Assembly (NCBI GenBank): GCA_964016885.1
Contig: OZ024740.1
Span: 364,002,001-364,066,000, forward strand
Source: Eledone cirrhosa
Taxonomy: Eukaryota
Reading direction: 5' to 3'
DNA: 64,000 bases
Below are positions 22,158-36,600 of this stretch, piece after piece. The first letter of the stretch is position 1. Each line of letters opens with the position of its first letter. The notes beneath the pieces were generated by a model. That model saw only the letters and a list, made by a program, of their open reading frames with translations, ran no database searches and was not told the DNA's origin. Made by a program: the position numbers and the translations under genes.

Positions 22158-25100
22158 GTATGTATATAAACCAAGAACGATAAGAAAATATAGAAAGATA
22201 CTTAGTGATATAGAAAAGGAATACGGAAAACTAGTGAACATCACACATTTTGTTCTACCGGATAATGATATGATCTCATATCATATCATCATCATCAGCA
22301 TCATCATCAGCATCATCATCATTTATGTCCACTCTTCCCTGCTGGCAAGGGTGGGACGGGTCTTATTCAGCACAGCATCTCTCCACTTTTCGCGGTCCTT
22401 TGTCATCTCCTCTGTGAGCTTCAGCAAACTGAGGTCTGCTCTCACCACCTCCGCCCATGTTTTTCGTGGTCTTCCTCTACTGCGTCTTCCTTCTACTGGC
22501 ATTTCTTGGCACTGCTTTACCCAGCAGTCATCCTCCATGTGCATCACATGTCCATACCATCGCAGTCTTCTCTCCCGCACACTATAACTTATCCCCCTTA
22601 TATACAGTTTCACTCTCATCTATGCTTGGTCGTTCACACACATTGATATTGCACATCCAACGCAGCATGGTTGCTTCATTTCTCTCCAGCCGTCACATAT
22701 CCTATGCAGTCGCTGCCCATGTCTCATTACCATGCAGTATTGCACATCTCAAACAGGCATCATATAACCGGCCTTTCGTATGCAGGTAGAAACCCTTCTT
22801 TTTCAACAGAGGAAGCAGCTCCCTAAACTTCTTCCAACCCATCCTTGTTCTAGATACTATGGCCTTGGAACACCCCTCTCCTATGCTAATCTGATCACCT
22901 AGGGCCAGAAGCTATCAACCACTTCTATAGAATCCACTTGCATTTGAAAAATGTGTCTATCTCTGCGACTTCTACTGTCTAATTTCCCTGTACATCTACT
23001 GCATATGTATTTTTCCCTACCTGTTAGTTTGCCTGCTGTCCCACTACATCTCTTGTGTACCCAAGATCTGCATTGTATACATTTTATAGAATTTATGCCA
23101 GTTCCTTTTCTACATATTGAACATGGCCATTTCCCTGACAATCAGAGTTTTGTCCTCTTTTCTACTTATCAACACTTTTGTCTTAGCTAGGTTCACTCTC
23201 AGCCCTCTTGCTTCCAACTGCTGTTTCCATAGCCAGAATTTATTCTCTAGCTCCTCTACTGATTCTGCTATAAGAACCAGATCGTCAGCATAGAGAAGTT
23301 CCCATGGGCAGCCAGTCTTAAACACTTCTGTTATGGCTTAGAAGACTATAATGAACAAGAGCGGGCTGAGGACCGAACCCTGATGCACTCCTACTTGTAT
23401 CTAGAATTCCTCACTAAACTCCATAAATTATAGATTTCTGTGATTCTGTCACAACACATAAAGAGAGAGGAGTAGTTAGACTACCTCATACTACTCCCCT
23501 CTCTTTACATCTGTTGCCTGCGTGAATGTATGTGTGTGTAAAAGGAAGGAAGGGGGTGGTTAAAAAACTATAGCAAAATAGCAGCTGGCGTTCCATTTGT
23601 TATGCTGTGTGTGTGTGTATGTGTTTGCGTGAATGTATGTATGTGTTTGTGTGAATGTATGTATGTGTTTGTGTGAATGTATATCTGAATGTGTATTTTT
23701 GTAAGTGTGTCTGTGTTTGTACGTTATATTTATATATGCATACATTTATATACATTTAAATATATGCATATGCACATACACACACATATACACATACTTG
23801 TCAGCATGTTGAAAAAATCCTAGTACATTATATTACATTTGTCTTGTTTATTTCAGGTCATTATATGTACATTGATACACGATGGTATCGAAACCAGAAT
23901 GACAAGGCTTGGCTTAGTAGCTGGGAAAATGAACCAACTAATGCAACATGTGTGTCTTTCTGGTATCATATGTATGGAGAAGGTAGGTAAAAGTAAAACA
24001 ATTTTAGAGAGCTAAAATACACACAGTACACTTGTACACTCCTTAACCATTTAGCATTTAAACCGGCTGCATCCGGCCAGAATTCTCTCACCTCTTTCTG
24101 TTCAAACTGGTCATAACCGGTCGCTCATACTGACGTTAAGGTATTGTTCTCAAAAGCATAACATCAAAATGTTGTAGATTCAACATTATGTCAGACAATT
24201 ATGTAAGACAAAGCCTTTACTGTGAAAATACCATAGTATATATAGAGTAATGTAAAGGCTAAATAGTTAAAGTGATTGGTGATAGGATGGATACCAAGGT
24301 GTAGCAAAAATGTGAAAAAACACAATGTATGAAATCAGAGAGATAGGGACGTCAGCCCATCTAGGAGGTGTTATGAAGGGTATCTAGACATAGAAACCAT
24401 GTCAAACAAAAGATTGTGAAGAATCTACAGTTATGTCAGGAACATTATAACCTCCCTAGTGCTGGTGCTCTGATAAAATCCATTCAGTACACTCTGAAAA
24501 ATAGTTGGTGATAGGAAGCGTATGTAGCTGTAGAAACTATGTAAAACCCAAATGTATTTAATAACCATGATGCCCCCTAGTCCACCCCTACTTGTTCTGT
24601 CTGAAAGGACGGCAGCTCCAATTAAATTGTCTATGACAACTTATGAAGCACATGCCTGTATGGAAAAACAGATGATGATGATGTAATAGTAGTAGTAGTA
24701 TATTTATGAAACTTTCACATTTTCATTACAGAGTAACTGACAACAAATACCTTTGTTTTGTTTGTAAAATTTTCAATTTTTTAGCTACCTCTATTACCTG
24801 CTGGCACTACCATATTCTTTCATGTAAAATACAAAATACATTTGAACTAAAATTAAAGGCAAAGCAAGAGGAGGGATTGTATAATACATAAGTACACATT
24901 TTCAGTATTGTTAAAATAAAGATAATTTCTTTTTATTTCCATAGCTTATCAATATATAGAAAAATATTTAAGTCACATCAAACAGAAAAGTATATTAGCT
25001 TTATTAATACCTGTGGTGGCATGTGGCCTAGTGGTAAGGGTGTTGGACTTGCGATCATAATGTCATGGGTTCAATTCCTGGGCTAGGTTGCATATTGTGT

Positions 25101-28100
25101 TCTTGAGCAAAACACTTCATTTCACGTTGCTCCAGTATACTCTGTTGAAAATGAGTACTAGCTATAGCTGGGGGTTTAACCCTATGATGGACTGGTGTCC
25201 TGTCCAGTGGGGAATCTTGTACTCTCAGTTGCTTCACGCCATGAAACCAGGATAAGCAGCAGCCTAATGAGTCTTCTTGCTTAAGCCAGACTTTCGACTT
25301 AGAATTAGAACACCTTAAAGAACAGTTCTAGAAATGCATTATGTTAAGTTAGCATACTTCTGGAAAATCTGTTTTGAAATATAAAGTTGGATAAGTCTGT
25401 TTCTATACAAAATGCTAAACATTTGGTTGTTTTACATTCTTTAATGTCACAAGAAACTAAACATTGTAGTGAAATATATGTGTGAGATCAAGATTTTGAT
25501 GGCTAGCATGAGCCACTATTTCAAAAGAATTTACACAGAAATGTCTGTACCCTAAGGTCATATTATTCACAAAGATGTAATTTATAGCCTTTTTTTTATC
25601 TCCAGAAACAGGGTCACCTTATACTCAAGTATATTATACACAAAAACAAATGTTAATAAACTTTTATTAATATGCTTTCAATTATTTTATTTCCTCAAGG
25701 TATGGGAGATCTGAATGTCCTCTATAGGAACAACAAAGAGAATCGAACAGTCTGGCATGAGACTGGTAACCAAGGCAACATCTGGTTACTTGGTAACTTC
25801 ACAGTTATATCTAAAACATCATATGTAATCATATTTGAAGGAGTTCGGGGCAAGACATATCACAGTGATATTGCATTAGACGACATAAGGTTTCAGGATG
25901 GATCCTGTGATTCCTTATCTCCAATACAAACAACTACTGTGGCACCAATCAAACAAGGTAGGCCTTTGAAAATACTTCAGCAATCACTTTACTTTAATGC
26001 TTGGTTTACTTGATTTTCATGTGATGCTTTACTTCGCATTGCTTTTCATGATGAGACTGGAACCCATATCATAAAAAACACCCGAGAAACCTCCCATGAG
26101 ATACAATCTCATGGAAGGCCACCCAAACCTACATAGGTGTGAGCTGTAACAACATAATAAGTCTAGGGATCCTATCATTAAAACACTTTAGAGACCTCCT
26201 ATCAGTTACAACCTTGTAGGAGGCCAACTAAACCTACATAGGTGTGAGCTGTAATAACTATGTGATAGGACTGGGATGCCTATAATTAAAATACTCAAGT
26301 AACCTTCTACAAAATACAATCTCGTAGGAGGCCAGGCTGACTTACATATGTTTGAGCTGTAAATTATATTTCATTAAAAGGTTGCAGGAGAATGAGATCG
26401 ATGGTCAGCTTCTTATTGCCCTGTTGTCTTTATACAAATGCCTGAGTATTTGTATTTGGATAAATGATGCCAAGTTAAAACCCTTCAATGCAGGAGTTGA
26501 ACTCTGCCAAGAGTGTGTACTGTCACCTCTTCTGTTCATTATTTTGATGAACATGATTAACATGCATAACCGGGTTGTAAGTGGTGTTATGACTGGCAGG
26601 TGTAAGATAGATCGGGTGGCTGGAATTTGCAGATGACACGGAGTTGCTTAACTCGACAGATGATCTTCGACATACATTTTTGATGCTGAGTGCTGCACAA
26701 CTAGAATGAAAATCAGTGCTGCAAAACCTGAGACGTTTGTCCTCTCAAGGAAGCTTGTGCAGTGCACTCTACATATGTATGGAGTTCCACTGAAGCAGGT
26801 GAAGAAGTTCAAGTATCTCAGGGCCATATACATGAGTGATAGAAGGTAGGAGGCCAACCCTTAACTATGGTATGAATCTTAGGCAATGACTGTAAGAATA
26901 CAATCACAAATACAAGCAGCCAAATTGGTGTTCCTCTGAAAGGTCTTGGGAATAACATTAATTGATGGAATTCATAGCTCAGATAGTCATTCCAGATAGA
27001 GATGCTACTGCTCAGTATTGAGATATCACAGCTCCAGTATTATGAACATGGGATTAAAATGTCTCAGGAAAGAATTGCTGGACTGATTTTACAAGTAAAA
27101 CCAACTGGCAGGAGATCCAGGGGTTAACCCAAGCAAGATAGCTGGATAACATCCATGAGCATGGCTGTCTTAAACTTGGGGTTGCAGTCAGATCAATTGG
27201 AGATGGTTGCTTCTGAGAGGACCTGCTGGAAATAGTGTTTGAGGACTCGGCCCCCACGACCCTCATGGAAATAAGTGGGTGAAGAAGAAGAGAAGAAGGT
27301 TGCAGGGTCAAAGCCTGCTATCAATGCTGATGTAACTAAATGCTAAAGATATGCCATATATTACAGCAGTACACTTATGAGTACATTAGCAGTTAAGAGA
27401 CCATGGGTGGATGGATTGATATCATTAATATACACCTACATAAAATCGGATTCAGAATATTCACATAATTAAGTGAATAAATAAATAAATCACTATGGAT
27501 ATAGTTAAAACTTTTGTTACCATATTTCTACTGAAAAACATTGCCTATGATTTTTCAAATCATTTTGAAAATAATCAAGAATTTGGAAGAATTTAGTAAA
27601 ATAACAATCTCATTATTAAGCTAGTGTTTAGAACATAAAGTAACAAAGTTTCAAAGACACATTATCATTTCAAATAATTTTGAAAATTATCAAGAATTTG
27701 GAGGGATTTTATAATATAACTAACTTTTCATCATTAAGCTGGTGTTTGGAGCATAACTTAATGAAGATTTTCACATAAAATTATGATGGAAGGTAACACT
27801 TTAAAACAAAACAAACAGTGTTAAATCATAGAGCCAGGGACAGTTTCAATTAGTTTAGTATCAAATGTATTAAGCAGCATTGTAACATTTGTATGTATTG
27901 CTCATTACAATGCAATAAATTAATTCACATTTTATTGATTCTATATTTATTTTCTCTATATTCAGATGTCTTCTTCCAGTGTAACTTTGAGTATAGTTTG
28001 TGTGGTTGGCAGATTGATTCTACAACTAATGCTGAGTTTATGATCAGTTATGGAATATTTTCATATAAAAGAGGAGGTCCTGTCAGTGATCACACAAAAA

Positions 28101-28618
28101 ACAATCGCTTTGGTAAGATTATATCAAAACAGGCTATTTCATCATGGCTGCTTATACTTCCATTTAGAAACTAGCTGACCCCATTGACACACCCACCAAG
28201 TATTAAAGATCAATATGACATTTTAAATGTTTTATATATAAGTTATATATATATATGTGTGTGTGTGTGTGCATGTGTGTATATATATATATATATTATG
28301 AATAAGATATAAACACAATGCTAAACCAGTAGCATATCGAAAACAAAAACACCACAAATCTCAAACTGTCTGAAAAGAACATGTCAGAAGTTTATTATGC
28401 AACCACTGTGACATCTTCGAAATAAATATAACAGAACTATGTAATAAACAGACGATGTACATATAAAAGCGTCTCTCTTTTTCATAATATTGAAACTCCA
28501 GTTGTTACCTTACCAATGACATTCTAAGGTATACAAATCGTAGAGTGCTTTACATCTGTTTACAAAAAAAAAGTCACCGGATTATATGATCAACCAACTT
28601 TCATTAATTGAATAATAA

Positions 28619-28686
<68 letters not shown>

Positions 28687-30580
28687 GGGGGTATCCCAAG
28701 TACAATTGCAGTAACCACAGTAACTAATGTACTCAATACATAGCAGAGTATAAATGTTTAATATAGAAATGGCTTCTACAGGACTAGAAGTGTTTCATAC
28801 GAAGGAAATCATCAGGAAAGCCCTGATGATTTCCTTCGAATGAAACAGTTCTAGTCCTGTAGAAGCCATTTCTATATTATATGTGCGTACGAGTGTGTGT
28901 GTGTGTGAATAAAAATAACGAGGATTAAATTACATTAATTCAATGCAATTAAACATTTATTAGTTATAAAGATATAAAATACAATAACTACAGATATTTT
29001 GCTAAACCATTAGAGAAATATACATATACTACTCACTAAAATAATGTTATAGGTATACAACTAGAAGATGTCTACTAATATAAAAGCCAATGTGTATTTG
29101 TCCATCACACACTAGAGGAAGGAAAGGGTGATTCCCTCAACTGAGGAAGGAAGGGGTGTCTAAGCAGTGTCTAACATTCGCTACACATGTCTGTGTATAT
29201 GTATAGCGAATTGATTACACACATTGGCTGTTATGATTATGTGAGTGTTTCTGTGTGAGTGTGTATATGTGTTTTTGTGTGAATTATATTTATATACAAT
29301 ATTTGTGTGAGTGTATATGTGTGTGCGTGTTTATTTAGAGAGATACATAGACAATAGAATTACAAACACACGCAAATCTACACATACATATAAACGGACA
29401 CACTTAGAAAAATAATGATTATATACACACACATCTATGTGATGACTGAGCAAGGATGGGTGTGAGAAATTATAGAAGTCCAGCATTCTAAGATTTGTCA
29501 CAGCTGTGTGTTTGTGTGTTTGTATCACTTGGGTGAGTGAGCGTGAAGGAACCAAACAAACAACCAACCAATTACAATTAACCATCATTTTTGATGGCGT
29601 GGGGCCAGCTAGTAAGTTTAATAATACTTAATAATTAAAGTAGCAAAAAAAATATCAATAATTAAAAGAAGGTCTAGAAACTAATAACTTTATTAATAGA
29701 GGCAAAAACTATTTTTAGAATAATTAGTGATAAGTATAAAAGTAAATCAATCAAACACATACAGACATATCATATATATGATATATATATATATATATAT
29801 ATGATATATATATATATCATATATATATATATATGATATATATACATATATATATATGATATATATATATATATATATCATCATCATCATCATCATCATC
29901 AGGTTTAGCGTCCGTGTTCCACGCTTGCATGGGTTTGGACGGGGGTTTTCCCACTTGAGGCAAGAGTGGTTGTCTTGCTCGCATAGGACTGTCTGGCGGG
30001 TTTTCTACAGTTGGATGCCCTTCCTAACACCAACCACATTTACAGTGTGGGGCTGGGAGGTTTTTACCGTGTTGCCTACACGGCCACATTACAGCGTGGA
30101 CTGTCTGGCGGGTTTTCTACAGCTGGATGCCCTTCCTAACACCAACCACATTTACAGTGTGGGGCTGGGAGGTTTTTACCGTGTTGCCTACACGGCCACA
30201 TTTACAGCGTGGACTGTGTGTTTTTTTGTCGTGACACCTACACGATCTCATTTGTTTCGGCCTGGATGTTGTGGGACCAACATAACTGTACATTGAAAGG
30301 GGCGGTGTGGATGGGGTGGAGGTGGTGGGACGGGGGGGGGTGTTTTGATAGAGATGCCTACTGACTGTAGTAGGTTTTTACTTTATATATATATATATAC
30401 ATTACACCTGATATCCCCCCTCCATACACATGCACACATGTATATCATGACTCATACACTGTCCATTTTCCTGATATTTGAATATTATTCTACGTACTAT
30501 ACATGCACCTTTGATGAGGTGTAGTGCACCTGAGCACTGTACACAATAATTTCATTATTACTATTATTATTATTATATAT

Positions 30581-30616
<36 letters not shown>

Positions 30617-32284
30617 CACCCATACACATGCATACATATACATATTTTCATGATTCTTTAATCTTTAATACACACACACACACACACACATTTACCCTCT
30701 TCTTTTCATCGCAGCAGATGTTTTACAGGAAATATATTACTGCTATAACAGAAAGTTTTGAAACTGCTGTTAGTTGAGTTATCCTAGACAATACTATTTC
30801 TTTGTTACAGGACAATACCTTCTGATGAATAACTCAATGAACTCAGCTAACAGAACTGCCAGGTTCATCAGTACTGACCTTCATATCACACAACCTATCT
30901 GCATTACATTTTGGTATTATATGAGAATTTACACCTTTGGTCAGTTAAATGTTTATGTTCATAATGATGGAGAAAATACACCACCTATGTGGACAAGAGT
31001 AGGAACACAAGGCTATCACTGGCTATATGCTACTATTGATGTTACCAATCCAGAAAAATCAAACAAAGTAAGTTGAAAAGTACTTTAATTAATATGTATG
31101 GCTAAATTATAATGCATTATTTCTGTCTATCATATCGGGTAATAAAGCAGTGCATTGTTAGAGTTAAGACGTCAGATAGAATGCTTTGCAGTATTTGTTC
31201 TGGTTCTTTGTTCAAATAATTTTGAAAATAATTGTTTCTACTTTTGGCACAAGGCCAGCAATTACCTCAGTGTATTACTGGTGCTTTATCTTTATCGACT
31301 CCGTAAGGATGAAAGGCAAAGCTAACCTCGGCGGGATTTGAACATAAAGGGCCATAACTTTATGCTGCAAAGCATGGTGTCTGACGCGCTATGAAAATAA
31401 TGAAGAATAAAAAAATATGTTTGTTGATAAACTTTTGGTTTGTTTTTGTTGTTTGATCTCCATCGGTTCAAAGACGAATGTTACACTTGTCTAATCAATG
31501 GAACAGCCTGCTCATGAAATTGAAATACAAGTGACTGAGCATTCCATAAACATATCTGCCCTTAGCATTGTTCTCAAGAGGATTCAGTGTGATGCAGTAT
31601 GTAACAAGGCTGAACCTTTGAATTACAGTTACAGTCCATCTTATATTATAGTTAGGGCAGTGGATTGGCAGTATCAGTAGAGGGTCAGACGCCATGCTTT
31701 GCAGCAGAGTTACGGCCCTTTATGTTCTGAGTTCAAATCCCGCCAAGGTTAACTTTGCCTTTCATTCTTACGGGGTCGATAAAATAAAGTACCAGCAATG
31801 TACTGAGGTAATTGCTGGCCTTATACCAAAAGTAGAAACAATTATTTAAATTATGTAAACATTTTCGGGTGTTCATATACAATTGAATTATATCAGTAGA
31901 TCATTTTATTTTGGGGAAAGGCTGTGCATTCTAATACATATTGCCTGTATAGGTAATTAAAGTGTGTATACCTATTTGGAGACACCCTGTATATATATAT
32001 ATATGTAGAGGCACATGGCTTAGTCGTTAGAGCAATGGCCTTGCAATTGAAAGGTTGTGAATTCAATTCTCAGACCGGGTGGTGTGTTGTTTCCTTGAGC
32101 AAGACACTTTATTTCACATTGCTCCAGTTTACTCAGCTGTAGAAATGAGGTTCGTGTTACAGCACTCACTGTAAATGAGGTTCGTGTTAGGAAGGGCATC
32201 CAGCTGTAGAAATCAAGCCAGAATCAGTTCCCGTACCACCCTTGCAAGCAGGGAAAAGCGGACGTAAAATGATGATGATGATGT

Positions 32285-32320
<36 letters not shown>

Positions 32321-33568
32321 AGTAAGTCCATAGAATCATTAGATAAAATATATACAGTATTTCTTCTCCCAATCAGCATAAATCAACCACACAAAAAATC
32401 ATTTAAACGAGGCTATAAGTTTAAAATATACTTATGAAGAAACAATAGATAAATGATATAGTTTTTTATCCGCGACTCATAGCTACAGAAAATTGACCTA
32501 GTATTTCTGATAGCCTCTAGAAATTGACTAGACATATAGTTAACCATACATAATTAGGTACAAAATCAAAGTTAGAAGAAAAAATGTACATAAACCTACC
32601 AAAATCATCAAAATATCTCTACCCCAGCGGTTTCATTCCATTTTTTGGATATATCCGATCTTGGATAAATCGACGAGGTTGGAAATCATCAGATATTTAT
32701 ATATATATATATATATTTATACATGCAAAATCGTTTCTACTTTTGGCACAAGGCCAGCAAAATTGCAGTACATTACTGGTACTTTATTTTATCGACCCTG
32801 TAAGGATGAAAGGCAAAGTTAACCTCAGCGGAATTTGAACTCAGTCCGTAAAGGGACATAACTGTGCTGCAAAGCATGGCGTCCGACCCTCCACCGATAC
32901 TGCCAATCAACCACCCTTATATAATGCCTATCTGATATTAATCAACAGTACTATACTCTCTATTGATCTATACTATTATATGTTTCTACTTAAACCATAA
33001 TTTATATTGATCAACAGTTCTATACGTTTGTATTTAAACTTCACTGTATATTGATCTACAGTACTATAAATTTGTATTTAATATGTAATTGTTATTTTTA
33101 TAGATTTACTTTGAAGCTATTCGCAATATTGGAGGCTCTGGTATTGCATTGGACGACATCAAAATACTGTTAGGCAACTGCCCTGAAATAAGTAAGTCTT
33201 TTATAGATCAACACAATGTTTTATCTAATCTATAAGCAATATATTTATATACTGTAAATATATTAGATGCAATTAAGATATTTTATCTTCTATTGTAAAA
33301 TCCAGAGTTTTCAAATTATATTTAAAATATAGTTTAATACCTAGAGAAAGTGAGATGGGAACAAGAATGGACCTGTTATTTTTCTCTAAATACATTTTTT
33401 TCAATTCCACCCAGCCCATCCCTTCAACCTTTCTAATTTCTCATTCTTTCTTATGATGAAGGACTAGCATCTAAAACGTTAAGATCCTCTTCCTGTTATT
33501 TCAAGCGCTAACCTAATATATTCCTTCCATATACTATACCGATTGTGTTGTTATTTCTGTTTGCCTTT

Positions 33569-33606
<38 letters not shown>

Positions 33607-36600
33607 GCTTAAAATAGAGTGAGAATAAGAAGAAAGCAAGAACGGGGGGAGGGGGGGTTCTCATCAGTTATCTACTGGGGGTCGCGGATATTTCGACGCT
33701 TTAAAGACAAGATATCTACCGCCCAGAGAGTTCAATAACTGGGTAAGTTATTGGGAAAACGGAGGAGGGAGGGAAGGAAAATAGAAGGGAAAAGGGAAGA
33801 AAAGAGAAAACAGCGAAAAAAACAACAAACCGAGCAATGTGTCAGCAACTTAAGGTAAGAAAATCCAAGACCACAGCGATAACAGAACTTAAGTTCAAGA
33901 CTGTGTGGACGAGAGAAAAGACACACGTTTGTCCCCAATGAGTGTAAGTGAGAAAAGGAATTCTAGAGGGTCAGGCGAGGGAAACAATGAGGTGGCTGAC
34001 AGAGAGAGGATGAGTGAAAGTGAGAGGGAGAAAGGGAGAGGAAGAAACAGGGGTAAGAATAGATAGTAGCGAAATGGGTAGGTAGAAGGAGAGAGAAGAC
34101 TGGTCACAGCGAAACATGATAAAATATATGGAGAATAGGATTGGTTGTGTAGTTGCTAGTTAAGGTAGCTTAAAATGGAGTGAGAATAGCAGTCCTTTTC
34201 TCACTTACAATAGATATCTTGTCTTTAAAGCGTGGAAATATCTGAGACCCCCAGTAGACAACTGATGGGGAAAATCCCCCCCCCCCCCCGTACTTGCTTT
34301 CTTCTTATTCTCACTCCATTTTAAGCTGCCTTAACTAGCAACTACACAGCCAATCCTATATATCATCATCATCATCATCATCATCACCGTTTTACGTCCG
34401 TTCTTCCACGCTAGCATGGGTTAGACGGGTTGTCCTGTTGTGGGCAGTGTCTGGTCGGCTGACCATGCCTTGCTCATACAAGAACTGATCTGGCTTGATT
34501 TCTACAGCTGGATGCCCTTCCTAACACCAACCTCATTTACAGTGAGTGCTGGGTGCTTTTTCGTGGCGCCTACACGTCCACTTTACAGTGTGGGCTGGGT
34601 GCTTTTTTGCCGTGGCACCTCCACGACTACCTTGCGGTGGGGGGTGTGGGGGCATATTGTCTATATGCTTCAGCTTGTACCCATGGGAGGTCGGGTACTC
34701 TGTATTACTGCGTGACGCCAGAAGTCACGGTCGTGTGTCATTGTCTTTGAGAGGTGTAATTGGATAATATTTGTTCTCCTGCACACTATATATACATATG
34801 TTATATATATATATATATATATATAACCCATGCTAGCGTGGAAGATCGACGTTAAACGATGATGATGATGATATATATACATATATTTATAATTATATAT
34901 AGTATAGTATTGTATATATATATATATAGTATGTATATAATATATATATATATAGCATATATATATATAAACCCGTATACCTGTTGGCTTGCCTCAAAGT
35001 GTTCCATTGACCCTTGTGGTGTGTGGTCGATTGTTGCACCTGGTGGTGAATTGATGGTCGTTTTCAATCTTATTTTTTGCTTCCCTCTTTTTTTTCTTCA
35101 ATCACAGATGTCCAATGTGGATATTGTCAATCAAGTTAGATACCAAATATACAAGAACTACAAGATCTGACTTGATTGTGTCAATCCACATTTTCAGCCA
35201 TCTGCCTTAACTATCATGTACCCACACTTAAATCAGAGTATGAATAATGTCACAATATCGATGAGAGCTGATGTATTTGTTCTCCCCACAGCAAGTGATA
35301 AATTTGCCAGCTGGATTGTTAGCCAAAAGGGGAAATTACTTAAACCTTTAACATTTACATTACTCTATATGTACTATTGTATTTTCATGGTAAACACTTT
35401 ACTTCACATAATTATCTCACATAATATTGAATCTATGAGATTTTGATATTATTTATTTTGAGAATAATACCATAACAGGTGCATTAGCAACCAATTACAC
35501 CTGGTTTGAACAGAAGTGGGTGAGAGAATTTTGGCCAGATATGGCCGTTTTAAATGCTAAAGTGTTAAAGAACTTACAATCACCATTACTACTTTTCTCT
35601 CTATTTATATTTTTTCTAATTTTGCTAAATAATAGATATGTTCAGCTATATTCACTACACAGTAACAACTGTTCAAGTTAATCCTTTTCTATCCCTGGTT
35701 ATTCAGAATTTCAAACAATTTACGAAATTGGAATCTATGAAATTGGAAATGGCTGCTAATTTCATAAACATTTTATTAATAGACTAAAATTCCTGAAGTC
35801 TGTCAGTAAAAGCTTTATTGTTTAATCAGACAATATTTATCATGTATAGCATTTGCTTCAATGATTATTTTAAATATAATAGTTCTACTTTTTGGCCCAA
35901 GGCCAGCAATTACCCAGTGCATTACTGGTACTTTATTTTATCGACCCCGTAAGAATGAAAGGCAAAGTAAACCTCGGCAGGATTTGAACTCAGAATGGAT
36001 TATTTTAAATATAATGTTCTCTATTTTGAATTTATACATTTATAAATATATTAAATCATTAAAAATAAGAAGTCTAGCTTTTTAATATAATTTTGATAAT
36101 AGTTACTCACCAAATTGTGAATTGTTTTATTAAGAATGTTTTCTCAATATGTAATGGTTTATTTTAACCCAATGCAACAAAAATTGTGCTGAAAATCAAT
36201 ATTGTCTGGTAAAAATTCTTCATCACTTAAATGGTCTATCAGCTTTTACTTCTTCTCCATTACTATTATAATATCTTCTCTATTCCTTTATAGATTAGAT
36301 GGTTCTAGCAGACAGAATGTTTCTATATGAGCTTTCTCTTTACCTATTATTAATTCTTTCAACTATGATTCAGCCACTTTTTTCTGTGGTAGGTTTGAGT
36401 TCAAGGTTTATTTTGCCTCCTATAAGGTTGTATCTCATAAAAGGTTTCTTAAGAGTTGTAATGGCAGTCGTTCCATGGTCCCGGTCCTATCATGTTATTA
36501 TAGCTCACACCTATGTAAGTTTAGTTGACTACCTACAAGGTTGCATCTCATTGGATGTTTTTCAAGAATTTTAATGATAGTGGCTCCTGCAAGTTTAGCT

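Noticed and set aside
29110-29180. CTGAGGA motif as a hammerhead
   Set aside because: No GAAA box or pairing stems downstream
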